A stretch of 64,000 bases of DNA from the human T2T-CHM13v2.0 reference genome, Homo sapiens, in assembly GCF_009914755.1 (NCBI RefSeq), contig NC_060941.1. One strand, written 5' to 3'. The translations under genes were made by a program, and so were the position numbers. Below are positions 49,334 through 62,079 of the stretch, piece by piece (the stretch's first letter is position 1; each line of letters begins with the position of its first letter). The notes below the pieces were generated by a model that was given only the letters and a program-made list of their open reading frames with translations, did no database searches and was not told the origin of the DNA.

Positions 49334-51406
49334 AGACTGTGACTCTTGATGGCCAGTTGCCTCGGATGAAGCACAGAGAACGGTTTGCAGCCACATAATT
49401 GGGAAGTGGCATAGCACTATGTAAGTCTACTTGGTCTACTGCCTTATGGTTCATCACTTTTTCAATTAGCGTAGCATGTTTCCCCTTTCTCAGTATTATG
49501 TTGTCAACTGAGAGTGGTAGGAGGTTGGAGAAGATAGGGTGATTTCTATTGTCTATCCTTACATGTGGTATAAGCTAGTCTTTCCATTTCAAAAGTACTA
49601 TCATTTTGAAGGCACGCGAACCTAAATTAACATACAGGTGTAGATTTTTAAATCTCATGAAATAAATGAGGTCATTGTCTTCAGCACATTCTTGACGTTT
49701 TAATGAAGCATATTAACAAAAATTATGTTCCAAAGTCATTATGCCGAGCTATTATTCTTTGTTATACTAGAACATCACTGAATCTGAAGGAAAAACTCCC
49801 ACTAAAATTATGTTATGGTAATATTATCAATAATGACATAATTACCGTGATGTTAATAACAATATGAGGGACTTCACTCTAAAATATCACTTCATAGTCA
49901 AACAGGTTGAGTGTAAATAAGAAGCAATCATTTGTAGCTCATGGGCAATTCTCTGCTTAAATTTTCATAATGTAATTTGCAATAAAAAATGACAGTACTA
50001 AGAATCACACTTTACTTGTCAACAGGAAAGCTTCACTTTCCCTATTATCCTTCAGCAAAACTATCCATTCCAGGTCATTCAAATTTTTCATTCTTCCAAG
50101 ATTCTGATACTACAGTGAAAATATTAACATACTCTAAACTTGGATCTGTATAAATAAATTATGTCTTTTAATATTGCTGCCCCATCTATTCCACTAGTAT
50201 CATTACTATTATTATTACATTGATCACATGAAATTATAATTGGCAGATTTAGCGATTCCAAGATTGAAGTGAGTCTAAACTGTGAAGCACTTATTCTTTT
50301 ACCATTATTGTTGATCCATCAGGTTAAACAACTCATTTTACTAACTAAGGATATTCTCCACTAAAATATAAGATAGAAGAAGCATTTTTGGCTTCCACAC
50401 TTAACAGTTAAAGGGCTTAAATGGTACTTAAATTTTCTGATGCTTACTTGTATGTTCTATAAAATGGGAAGTTTCAAATGGAAGAATAGCATAGCAAAAA
50501 ACCAAAGAGAATCACCTGGGGGAGACTGGCTGGCCACATGGGGAAATGAATTCACCTTTTCCAAGATCATGCCCTCGGTTCATCAGACGTAGACCCAGTC
50601 ATTCCTAAAGTTCTGGAGTTAATTAAGGATGATAATTTACACTAGCAAAACTTGCAAGATTTGGAATACCAAAGATGGTTTATGCTAATGCTATATTATG
50701 AAGAAGAAACATTTATCTAAGTACAGTATAAGCCACACAGAGTCCCCATCAAAATCATGAATAGAACCATTCATGCTATTTAAGTGGAGAGTTGCACCAC
50801 ATGTTGACCAAAACTTGCCATGGGTTTATTCAGCTTATTGCCGCCAAATATTAGCCAGACATCTACGATCCAGAAGAATGTTATGCTCTCTAACATGTAT
50901 GTTCAAGCCATTTGTCTTTTGATGGTCATCTTCTAGCTACACAGAGACTGAACCAAAGCTTTGTAGTGACAACTTTTCTATACTTGGCCAATCTCAACTT
51001 TTAAAGTTCCCTCTCTAGTACTCTATAAAATAAGGATGTATTGCCCCTTTGTAAGTATATAAACAATTTCAGAAATATACAAACATAGAAACAACAGTAA
51101 TAATAAACCCTTATGCCCCTATCACCTAGCATAAACAATTATTAATATCCATATATAGTTTACCTATACTGCCCTTCACCCTATTATCCTTTTTTAATAT
51201 TCACAAGAACCCTGTGAAATGAGTTTATCATCTCATTTTTACAAAGTAACTGATGATTTGAAAGATTTAATAATTTTGCAGAGGTAACATATAGTGAATG
51301 CCAGATCCAAGAATCAAAGACACCTCTGTCTATTCCAGAGTCCTTTCTCTAGCCTGCTTGTGTGTATCACATGAAAGTTAGCAGATTCTAGAGCCACATG
51401 AATTGC

Positions 51407-51854
51407 TGTATCAGTCAGAGCACTGCCATAAAATAGATGGCACACTTAAATTGGGTAATTTGTGGAGAGGTTAATAAAGTGACAATTTACAAAGGATTCA
51501 TGAAGTTCCAAGAACTAGTAAAATCAGAAAAGAGTATAACCAATCCTAGGCCCAAATAGGCAAAGGAAATGAGTGGTTACTAGAATCCAGATTCAGAAAT
51601 GACCGTGTGGTCACATGATAGGAGCCATTATTTTCAGTTCAAGAACAAAGCCAGCCTGGGTGAATCCACAGAGATTGGCCGTGGAATATCTCACCCTCTC
51701 TTTTCCCATTTCCCTGCTTCTTAATTGGCCAAATTGAATCAAATGCCAGAGGTCAGGGTAGTCTACTGACACATTCCACAGAGGGTCAGCCTCCCAGGAC
51801 ACAGAAGAGTAAAAATGACAGATCTAGAAGGGATAAAAGATGATATTCAGCACA
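51407..51854 (-). mobile_element. ERVL LTR (LTR33/LTR41-like)
   Basis: TGTATCAGTCAG...AGATGGCACACTTAAATTGGGTAATTTG...GGTCAGCCTCCCAGGACACAG...GATATTCAGCACA. Confidence 0.65.
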
Positions 51855-52189
51855 ATTGTCTACTAGGTGGAGAGAATACATGGTATGTTATCTTGAGATA
51901 ATAACCCTATTTTCATCAGAAATTAGAAAATTTGATGGAAAATAAAAAATAATACTTATCTTTCAGTAGAAAAGCTGCATTACTTATTACACTGGCAAAG
52001 TAGATAGAATTTTCCAAGAATTTCTAATAATCATTAAACCCAAATCTGAGTCAAATAGTTTAGAAATGACTTGTATACAATATTTAAAGTAGCAGGTAAC
52101 CTACAGAGTATATGTTTGTTGAATACATGTTGGTATAGAGCAGCATAATTGGGTTTTAAAGTCAATACCCAAAATATTAGGGAGTCATA

Positions 52190-52667
52190 TGCTGAGACCA
52201 GCTTGGTCATGGAGACCCTAACCCAGTGGTGCTAGAGGAATTAAGACAAAGGCATAGAAATAGAGTGCAAAGTGGGAATCAGGGGACTGACAGCCTTCAG
52301 AGCTGAGAGCCACGAACAGAGTTTGACCCACATAGTTATCGACAGCAAGCCAGTGATAAGCATTTTTTCTATAGATTATAGATTAGCTAAAAGCATTCCT
52401 TAGGGGAAACAAAGGGACAGGCTCTGACTTGTTATCTGCAGCAGGAACACGTCCTTAAGGCACAGATCGCTCATGCTATTGCTTGTGGTTTAGGAATGCC
52501 TTGAGCAGTTTTCCGCCCTGGGTGTTCCTTGCCCTTATTCCAGTAAACCAACAACCTCTAGCCTGGGTCATAGCCATCACGAGCATGTCACAGTGCTGCA
52601 GAGATTTTGTTTATGGCCAGTTTCTCATGGTCTGTTTATGGCCAGATTTGGGGGCCTATTCCCAGCA
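52190..52667 (-). mobile_element. MER9 solo LTR (HERVK9/HML-3)
   Basis: Reverse complement starts TGCTGGGAATAGGCCCCCAAATCTGGCCATAAAC. 6-bp TSD GTCATA / GGCATA. Confidence 0.9.
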
Positions 52668-53029
52668 GGCATAGAAGCAGAAGGTAACAGCTACATTCTT
52701 TTTTTTTTTTTCTTTTCATTACACTGGTGAGCCAATGGTAGATATTTATTATAGAAATACCACCCTTGGCTGAAATTCAGAATTGCTGGGGTTTGAAAAG
52801 ATGCAGATGCTTAAATTCATCCCAGCCTCACCTATTCAATCAACATCACCAAGCAAGGGCTTGGCATATGCACTTGTTAAAGCCTCAGACATCCTTATCA
52901 TGCATCACCAGGGTAAAGACATCTTCATTTGTCTTGAAGTTTTTGCTAACAAATACATGATGTATCTAAAGTTTTAATGTGGAGTGAAGAAGGAGGAAAT
53001 CCAAGAAAACTTTGCTGAAATATAATTTC

Positions 53030-53150
53030 CATTAAGGTAGAAATTTGTGTCTCTTTTGTTCACTGATATATTCCAAATGTCCAGAACAGTACCACAGTGC
53101 CTACCACAGAGTAGTAGGTAATCTATAATAATTTGTTGATAAATAAATGA
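53030..53150 (+). mobile_element. L2 3' end
   Basis: TTTTGTTCACTGATATATTCC...ACAGTGCCTACCACAGAGTAG...ATTTGTTGATAAATAAATGA. Confidence 0.65.
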
Positions 53151-53494
53151 TTTAACTCAAAAATGAGATAATTAATACAAAGAATTTAGCATGGTGACCA
53201 TCAAATTATGGCATAACAATTAAATCTTTTTAATTCTTCTATTAATTGATTATATATATATATATATATAAAATATATATGCTTATATTGGCAAATTGCC
53301 CAAACTCTCCCTTTTGTCACTTTTCAGTGTAGTGCTGCATCCAAATCCTAGGCAGAGAGAAATAAATAATTGTATAAACTGCCATTGATTTTCACAGTTG
53401 TACCATCCTTTGGGAAGACAGTCCACAAAGCCAATAGAATTGATGTTGTTCTGAATTGTTATTGCTGTGTATCGCTTCTGTACACAGGCTGCTG

Positions 53495-53814
53495 TGTACA
53501 GGCTGTGTAACAAAAATACCATAAACTGGGTGGCTTATACACAATGAAAATTTATTTCTTACAGTTCTAGAGGCTTGGCAGTCCAAGATTAAGGCACCAG
53601 CAGATTTAGTGTCTGGTGAGGGCCTACTCCCCATAGTGCATCCTCGCTGCATTTTCCCATGGTGAAAAGGGAGAACAAGCTTCCTCAGACCACTTTTTAA
53701 TCTTGCCCATATGATCTAATCACCTTCCAAGGACCCCACATTTTAAAACAATCATATTGGGGGTTAGGTTTCAACATATGAATTTTAGGAGGACACAAAC
53801 ATTCAAACCATAGC
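53495..53814 (-). mobile_element. MaLR LTR (MLT1A0-like)
   Basis: AATACCATAAACTGGGTGGCTTA...GTGTCTGGTGAGGGCC...GACACAAACATTCAAACCATAGCA. Confidence 0.85.
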
Positions 53815-54334
53815 ACTGAGTGAATACACTTTCTAGTCCAAGGTTCTATCCACAAATATTCCTCTTGCCCATTTTCCATATTGTATATTCTTATGCCTGT
53901 CAAAGTGTAAAATATGCCAGGATGGCCAGGTCATAAGGAATGTTAATGCTTCATTAGAAAGAGCTCTTCCTCATGAAAATTGAGGGTGTTGCATAACTCC
54001 AAAGGCACCAGTTCAGATGCCCCTTTGTCAGCTTCTAGCCACCTGCCTAGTAAATTCCTAACAAGGTTAGTTAACCAACCTTCCTTCCTCCCTCCTTTCC
54101 CTTTTACAAAGAGGCTTTTTCCCATATTTTAGAGACAAAAATAATGTGGAATCCTCAGCATCGATCACTATCTAACCATTTGAGTTTTAACACATACAGG
54201 AAAGGAATATTTATAGAATGCCACCTACATATCAGACATTGGATATTCCAAGGTAATATTTAGTAAAGCATATTCTGCCTATCACTATTCTTATAGGCTT
54301 CAATTAGTGCTCAGTGATCAAAAGATTCCCTGAC

Positions 54335-54605
54335 CCACATATTGTACAATTCTATTCATATGAGATGGTCAGAACAAATGAATTTATAGAGACAGGAATT
54401 AGATAAGTGGTTTCTAAGGGTTGGTTGGAGATGGAGGCACAGTTGGTGGTGATGAATAAGAGATGTCAGTTTCTTTTGAGGATATTGAAAGTATTCTAAT
54501 TATTCCGGTGATAGTTACATATCTATAAATATTCTAAAAGCAGTTCATTTAAGTGGGTGAATTGTACAATGTGTGAGTTTTATCTCAACAAAGCTATTTT
54601 GAAAA
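54335..54605 (+). mobile_element. L1MB/ME 3' end
   Basis: ATTCTATTCATATGAGATGGTCAGAAC...GGGTGAATTGTACAATGTGTGAGTTTTATCTCAACAAAGCT. Confidence 0.75.
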
Positions 54606-55609
54606 GAAAAAGAAAAACACTCCATGATAAGTAAATTTAGAAGAACTCATTACTAAAATACATTTGCATAATAAAAATTCTGAAAAATCCTACAGTGAAT
54701 TATACACAGTTAAAGTCTAGTTAAACTTATTTGTACATGGATAGCCTCATTTGTTTGTTTTGCCTCAGTATATCCACTCAAATCCCTAACAGTTTTCCCC
54801 TAAATGTTTTTCTAAACAGAAGTTAGGGAAGTACAATTATTTGACAAGAACTCTTTTAATGTTCACAACAGTTCTTCATGAAAGTAGTTCTTCCCATTTT
54901 AGCAGATGAAATACTGAAACTCAGAGATGTTAACAAATCTGTCCAAGATATCACAGACAGTAAGAGATGAAGATAAGATGTGAATCTCAGTTTCCACACA
55001 CATCCATGTAATTGAATGCTAGGTAAACATTAAGAAGACAATGCAATCTATATGTATTGATGTGTAGACAGAGCTACAAAAAATCTAAAGAAAAAAGCAG
55101 GCAAACACATTGCTTATGCAGTTTAAATTTTGGAAAAAGTATTTATTTACATGTGAAAATGACTATATTGTCAGTGTGTACATATGTGTAAGATATACAC
55201 TAACGAGATGGTAGGCATTACAGACTGACTAAAAATGGATTCACAACTTATGATTATATTCTAATTATTCAAAAAGACATGTGCATTAATCGTAAACAAA
55301 AAATCATGATAAATAATTATTTCCTTTTAAGTCCCACCCTTTTATTTTCACTTTCCTGTAAGGACCAAAAGCATCGATGAAATCTGTTTAATATGATAGA
55401 GATGTAGCTATGAATCCCAAATGTCCTTTTTCAAAAATACAGGAATTTTGAGTTTTAAACCAAATTTTTCAGATTAACCCTTATTTTCATATTTTTGTTA
55501 AAAATTCTGCTTCTGCATCCACAGAAATAATAAAATCTAGAATAGTCACTTTCTTTTTATACTTGATAAGTTGTTGCAACATAAAAAGCACACACAAAAA
55601 ATTAGAGTC

Positions 55610-55760
55610 AAAAGGGCCATGAGAAATAAATGAGTTAATTCCCATTGTTGTGAAGATGAGGAAAACAAGTGCAGAGAGGTTAAGCAATTTGTCCAAGCTC
55701 ACACAGTTTGCTGGGGGGAGTGAAGGTTAATCTTTACTTCTCTCAATTCCCACCCTAGCC
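55610..55760 (-). mobile_element. MIR
   Basis: GATGAGGAAAACAAGTGCAGAGAGGTTAAGCAATTTGTCCAAGCTCACACAG. Confidence 0.75.
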
Positions 55761-56309
55761 CTCTTTCTGCTAAATGATACTACATCCTCAAGATAACTTG
55801 AGTTGCTGCATATTGCCGACGCTAATCAAAAACAGACAAATTTCCTCATTGCATGGACAAAACCTGTCAAATGGTACTCAGCAGATATCTCAAGACCAAA
55901 GCTTTCAGAGCTACAAAAACTATACTTTTAGTTGTCCTATCCCAACAAGCAACAGAACAAATGTTTTCAAATTGGCTCTGTGAAGAACATGCCATGCTAA
56001 TACAGTGTCACATTGTGCCAGCCAAGGAAAGATTGCTGGGCTCCCCTTCCAATCCTGGCCACGGTTGATACGCTTTGAGCTGGGTTGCATACATAAAACT
56101 CCCTGCTATAAGTTGTTGCCCTCATGGAGTTTTTCTCCAGATAGTTCTGTGATTGACTTTGTCCTTCATTAGGTGAACACAGGGGCTGAGGAATGCTAAA
56201 GAGGCATGATGGGTAGGAGTTCAGGGATTTTCCTTTTCACACTGTATTAGTCAGTGTTCAATTAAAGAAGTAGAATCACTAGAGTAGACAGATAGTGAGG
56301 CAGTGTGAG

Positions 56310-59300
56310 GAAGAAAGAAAAAAAGTACAGTCAGTACACCAGCATCTAACCATCTTGGGAAAGATTGCATAGTCATGCCAGCATCCTTCCCCACTTCCTC
56401 TTCCCAAGATCCATCAGAAAAACGGAGAAATAGAGTGTGGACACTCCTTTAGCACTACTCATGTTGAGTGTAAGCACAGACTCATTCAGGTGCTAAGCCA
56501 ACCCTTCAGACCTCTACCCACCCACCTCATTTTAGGCAACCAAAGTTTTAATAGCCTGTTCCAATTCTCTATCAAGCTATTACTCTGAGGAGGGTTATCT
56601 GCTCATTGTTGAATATTATAGGCTGTAAAGGGTTTTCTTTGGTCTGAAGCAACGCTGGTTGGCCATCCAAAGGGATGAAATAGCTTCTGTCCAGTTCTTT
56701 AATAGTATTCTGAGCATTTGTACCTACCTGCAAGTAAGAAACCTGGGTTCCAAGTCAGTGTCTATTCCTGTCGTGACCCACGTGCAGCCTCTGGGGCTAT
56801 AGACATTAGTCTGATTTGTCAGTTACAGGTAAGGCCTTCTTCCTGGGGAATCTGCTACATAGCCATTCTGCATTCTACATAGCATATCTGCATCAAGATA
56901 CTGATGCAGAAAATGAAACAATTCCTTCAGATTACATTCCCTGGTTTCAGGAAATTCTTTGTTTTCCCCTTCTTCCACTTTGTCTCTGTCTCTTTGGCTG
57001 ACAAATAGAACAGTTCTTTCTGGCATTTTGTGCCTCAGAGGGTGCAAAAGGACAATGTCTACATTCAGCCTGTCCCTGCATTGATGCTGTCCTCCTATAT
57101 CCATCATCTCATGGATTCAGGTGGCCCCTTTAAGGGTATACACCAAAGGTTCACCTGGTTTTTCCAATCACCTTCCAAATCTGAAGAGGAGTTCTTCTTA
57201 TGGGCACTGACAAGTTCAACTTTAATGTGCCCTTCGAATTTCCATAGGGCTGTGCACACCATATCAACATCCCTTTAACAAGCCAGGTTTCCACTGCCCT
57301 CCTGCCTGATCATATGGCCGGGACATTGGTCATTACTCATGAGTTGTTATAAACGTAAACACAGGAGATTTTACCACTTCAAATCTTCCATTACTGCTAG
57401 GAAACCAGCAAGCAATTCGCCCCACTGAGCTGATTTGTTTCTACCTCCCTTCATCAATGTGGCGACCTTCCAAACAAGATGTTGTCTGTTCACCTTGGAA
57501 CTGCTGTCCACAAACCAGAAAGCTCTTTGTTGTTCAGTTGAGAGCTGTTTATAGGGCACTATCCAGGCAACAAAAAATAATAAATTCCTCACACAGTTCC
57601 AGAATCTGTCCTAGGGAAAATGAGGTGACCTGCACATGAGTATCTCCACCTTGTATTACCCACGTAGAATCATCCTGCATGAACCATTTCCATTGTATTA
57701 TGAAACTCTTCTGAGCACTGCCATTCCCATTAGAGTATTTCTATGATGTCTCTGAAGACATCATAGGTATTTCAGGTTTCAAGATAATTTTTATGTTCTT
57801 TAGTCATTGAGCCAGTTTCCTTTAATGTCCAGTAGCATGTTAGTCTCTCAAGCAGAAATTCTCTAGTTCAGAGTCCCAGTAGTCATCACTGGCATCCACT
57901 CACAGGCTTTTGCCACAAGCCTCAGGCTACATTCCACATAGAGCATCACACAGAGAGTTTGTTGCTATTAGCACTCCAGCTTGAATTCTACACTTTATGG
58001 GCTTGGGCAATCTCACTGGGTTCCCATTTAGCATGGCCAATTAATATTGCTTGAAGAGTAGATTTACATGCCTTCTGCTTTACAGTACTAGGCAGGAGAA
58101 ACATTCTTCAGTGAGATGCAAAGTCCATCCCCATAATACAATCAGGTATGAGAGCTACTGTCACTTCACATAACGCCTATTTAACCATACCAGTTCTCCT
58201 GCAAACTTTTACCTGAATTCCATCAACCCTTACTGTAGCTTCCATTAGGACTTTATTAGCAGGTTTCAATTTTACAATACTAGATCGGGGAAGTGTTCCC
58301 CAGCCAGACATCATATCCATTCCCATAAAGCATTCAGAAAAAGGAGACACGACTTCTTTATAGAAAGCCTGTTTAAGCTTTCCAACTTCCAGAATCCTCT
58401 CAACACTTATATTTTTATGTCCTTTCAATCTGATCACAGCCCACATCGGGGTTTCACCAATGAGTTCTGACACCACAGTGCCTGTGTTCCCATATCAAGG
58501 AGTCTCAGAAACTTATCTTCTAACCATTTCACCCAGTGCAAAGCGTTTGGGTCCCTAATAAAGTGTTAAGCCAAGAGACTCTTGCCATTTTGTTAATTTT
58601 TATTTAGATTAATCTGCCTGACCATTGGCCAAAATGATTACAGGCCAGAGTTTTCATTGTAATATTTGTCTTTCAGCTTTTAAAATTTCTTCTAACGTGT
58701 AAATAGTGTGAACTTATTTGAATCCCTTTAATGTTGGAGGAGCAGCTAGGGCTTCCTTTGGCTCATGCAACTTTTGGGAGTGTTCTATTTAAACTATAGT
58801 TTTAACCTCATCAATGTCTGTTTTATTCATCCTGCTTCTTAATAACCATCCAAAGATTTTCTCACTGCTGGGATAAGTTTTGTTACTCTCCCCACTCCTC
58901 CCTGCCTCATTTTCCTCTTTTTTTTTGCTTCTATCAATATTTACTGTATTCATCTATTTTTTAATAATCATTTAGCCATCTCTACCCTGCTAAGACCAGT
59001 CCCTTGACTCACCTTAGCTTTTCCCCATTCTCTCATTAACTAATCTAATATTTTTATTAGCATCTGTAAGACCCATGAGGGGGAGCTAAGACAGCAAATT
59101 CCACAAGTCTCCTGAACTGTTGTTTGGTTTTGGAGTGATATGGTTATATGGGATGCCCATGTAAACAGGGACCCTTTAACCATGGCACTCAGCAGGACCT
59201 GGGTTACAGGCATAATCAGTGGGTGAATAGCCCAGCTATCATAAAGTCAGTCTCACATGGCTTGTACACAAAGCATATCTGTTACTTCATCTGGGGCTAT

Positions 59301-60155
59301 TCCATTTGGCATTTATAGAGGAAGGTGGGCAGTCCCCCTCCTCAAAGTAAAGAGACTTTATAGTGGCCTTTATCCAGTCCACCAGGCTAGCTGTTCACTT
59401 GGAAATAATCTGTTGTGTGTCTGGATCATGTACAGTTATGTTTGATTTTTCCACAGTGAGCTGTGGATCCTGTATCAACCCAAACATCCTCTTTGAATTT
59501 GCAGCGTTTGAAGCCAAAGATACTGCCCCCAAATTAATTACTCTCACATCCGTTTTAGTAAAGGTTCTTTAAGAAGCTGATGATACTGATGCAGAAAATG
59601 AAACAATTCCTTCAGATTACATTCCCTGGTTTCAGGAAATTCTTTGTTTTCCCCTTCTTCCACTTTGACTGTCTCCTTGGTGACCAGAGGTCGAAGAGGT
59701 ACTTTCTGTTGTCCTTGAATAATTTTTCCCATAGGAATCAGCTTTGAGGATAGAGTCAGAAGCTCAGATGCACTGGAATCTGAGCTTGGTCTAGCATCAA
59801 GGTCCTACCTAGCACTCTCTTTTAATTTCATTTTAACTGTTACAAATAACAATAACCAAGGGATGGCATATTTTGCCTTTTTCATATTAATTTTCATTTT
59901 CCTTATTAGTTTGCTTTTCTTACACATTCAGTGAACCAGCTTTCTGGGAGTCATATCCATCTCTACATCCCATTGGTAGCTTTTACCTTTAGTAACTGAG
60001 CACAGCACGGCTGCTGTTCCATACCGTGGGTGACCATGTGACCACCTAGAAATCTAAGGTTCCTTATCCTCTGCCCTTTCATTCTTTCTCTTCCCAAACC
60101 ACATGCCTCTGTGAGCTAGTGCTGTTCTAGCAAATCCCACTTATCTGACACCAAA
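56310..60155 (-). mobile_element. ERV-L internal region (gag, pro/pol remnants) of a MER21-associated provirus
   Basis: Minus-strand remnants: gag-like VPLRPLVTK...KELFHFLHQY; protease-like VVSPFSECFMGMDMMSGWGTLP; RNase H-like WFVDSSSKV...KSAQWGEL. Adjacent to the PBS and the MER21 LTR. Confidence 0.8.
60134..60153 (-). promoter_or_regulatory. Primer-binding site complementary to tRNA-Leu
   Basis: Minus strand reads TGGTGTCAGATAAGTGGGAT versus the tRNA-Leu PBS TGGTGTCAGAAGTGGGAT (2-nt insertion). It lies 2 nt downstream of the LTR end. Confidence 0.8.
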
Positions 60156-61010
60156 TGCACAGCAAATAAATAAACTGTTTTTTTCTTCTATACTTAGACC
60201 ACTCTCATTACCTCACTTCGGACAGTTGAATGTTTGTTTTTTCACACACGAAGCAGACACCAAATGATTGTACCACCATTTAACTTAATTCCAACACTAT
60301 CTACCTGGAGGTAGCATCAGATCCCACAAGTTGAGGGGTCAAATCCCACAAAACCACCATTCCACTTTTTATTCTAATTTTAAGTCCAGTCTGTGACCAC
60401 TGCATCTAACAAAGTGGTTATAAATTAGAGGTTCTCATGACTCCCTCTTGAGGCTCAATTATTTGCTAGAATGGCTCACAGAACTCAGGAAAACAATTTA
60501 TTTATTATAAAGTAAATTAAAATAATTATAAGTGGTGTCTTATAAAAGGATACAACCCAGGAACAGCCAGATGGAAGAGACCCACAGGCAAGGTATGCAA
60601 AAAGGGGCATGGAACATCTGTGCCCTCTGAGGAAGCTGCACGCTCAGTTCTCCAAGTGTTCTACAACCCGGAAGCTCTCTGAACTCTGTTGTTTTGGATT
60701 TTTATGGAGACTTTATTATGTAGCCATTATTGATTAAACCATTGCCATTGGTGATTGGATCAACCATCAGCCCCTCTCTCCTTGGAGGCCAGAAGTTGGA
60801 GCTGAAAGTTCTAACCCTCTAATCATATGGGTGCTTTTTCTGGCAACCAGTCCCCATCTTGAGGCTACTCGGGAGCCCACAGGCACCAGTCATCCTGTTA
60901 GCATACAGAAAGACACTTATCACATCTGAGATCCCAAGGATTTTAGGAGTTATATGACAGGATACAGGGGCAAAGACCCAATATATGTTTCTTATTTTTA
61001 TTATGCCACA
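60156..61010 (-). mobile_element. MER21 (B/C-like) 5' LTR
   Basis: CTATCTACCTGGAGGTAGCATCAGATCCCACA...TTTGCTAGAATGGCTCACAGAACTCAGG...GGAACAGCCAGATGGAAGAG...TTATGCCACA. Confidence 0.88.
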
Positions 61011-61033
61011 GTTGGGTGGATAGGTAAGTAGGC

Positions 61034-61034
<1 letters not shown>

Positions 61035-61074
<40 letters not shown>
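61035..61074 (+). repeat. (GATA)10 tetranucleotide STR
   Basis: Ten perfect GATA units. Confidence 0.97.
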
Positions 61075-61076
<2 letters not shown>

Positions 61077-61127
61077 GAGTGAGATAGATCAACCAATAGA
61101 TATATCAATTTTCAAAAAAGATGCTGA

Positions 61128-61590
61128 TGTCTGAAGACAGATCTGACATCCTTAGCTAAGCCTCAATGTTATTAAAGACTGATCTGATGCTTACAACTAT
61201 ATGACACAGTTCTCTCATTAGACAAAACCAATCTCACCAAACACGTACCTCAGACAAGGTCACTGTGCAACCCAAAATAGCAAACAGTCCTCTCTCTCTT
61301 TAAATGAGAGACTTCTATGTTTTGCCATTTGTAGCTTTATTCCTACTTATCCCCACTTATAGATAAGATTTATTAAAATATTCAATCACAAAATTACCTC
61401 TACTTTCTGATAACGTCCAATCTAGAGCAAACCTCTGTTTTCTTAGAACCTCCCCAAAGTTACTCAACCAAAGCTCAAATACTATAACAGCTTTTTCTAA
61501 TCCCCTCTTACTGAGATACCCAACATTTCCCCATGGTGTACGATTGCCTTTGCTGCACTGAAGATACCTGAAGTTGAACAAGTTGGGTTT
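61128..61590 (+). mobile_element. MER67-like ERV1 LTR
   Basis: AGATAAGATTTATT...TCCAATCTAGAGCAAACC...CCCCTCTTACTGAGATACCC...TTCCCCATGGTGT. Confidence 0.65.
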
Positions 61591-61592
61591 AC

Positions 61593-61600
61593 CATATATA

Positions 61601-61653
<53 letters not shown>

Positions 61654-61880
61654 TGGTATATATACCATAAAATATATATATATTTTTAATATATGTATAT
61701 ATATGTGTATATATGGGTGTATATATAAATAAAATATGCATATATATGTATGTACATCCACATATATGCATATATACATAGATTTATATAAATATATGTT
61801 CACATACATGTAAATATATATGCTTATATATAATATATACATATATACCTACACATGCACACACACTTACACACATATAT
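61593..61880. repeat. (AT)21 plus degenerate TA/CA-rich low-complexity tract
   Basis: Perfect (AT)n at 61603-61644, followed by TATATG/TACA-type repeats. Confidence 0.95.
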
Positions 61881-62079
61881 TGGCTTTATTTTTATTACAG
61901 GGATTTAACCTTACACAAATTGTGAAAATTGCTTAAACAGTCTCTTGTCACGATGTTATCTGCTAATACAATGCTGGATCTTGAAGTGCACAGGGCAAGA
62001 AGTTGGAAAAGGAAAGATGAATGTAAACCGGGTAAAAGCAAGAACAAGCTGTATCCCTGGAGACAGCAATATGGACTCA

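Noticed and set aside
61357-61842. 161-aa Y/I-rich ORF
   Set aside because: Translation of the (TA)n low-complexity tract.
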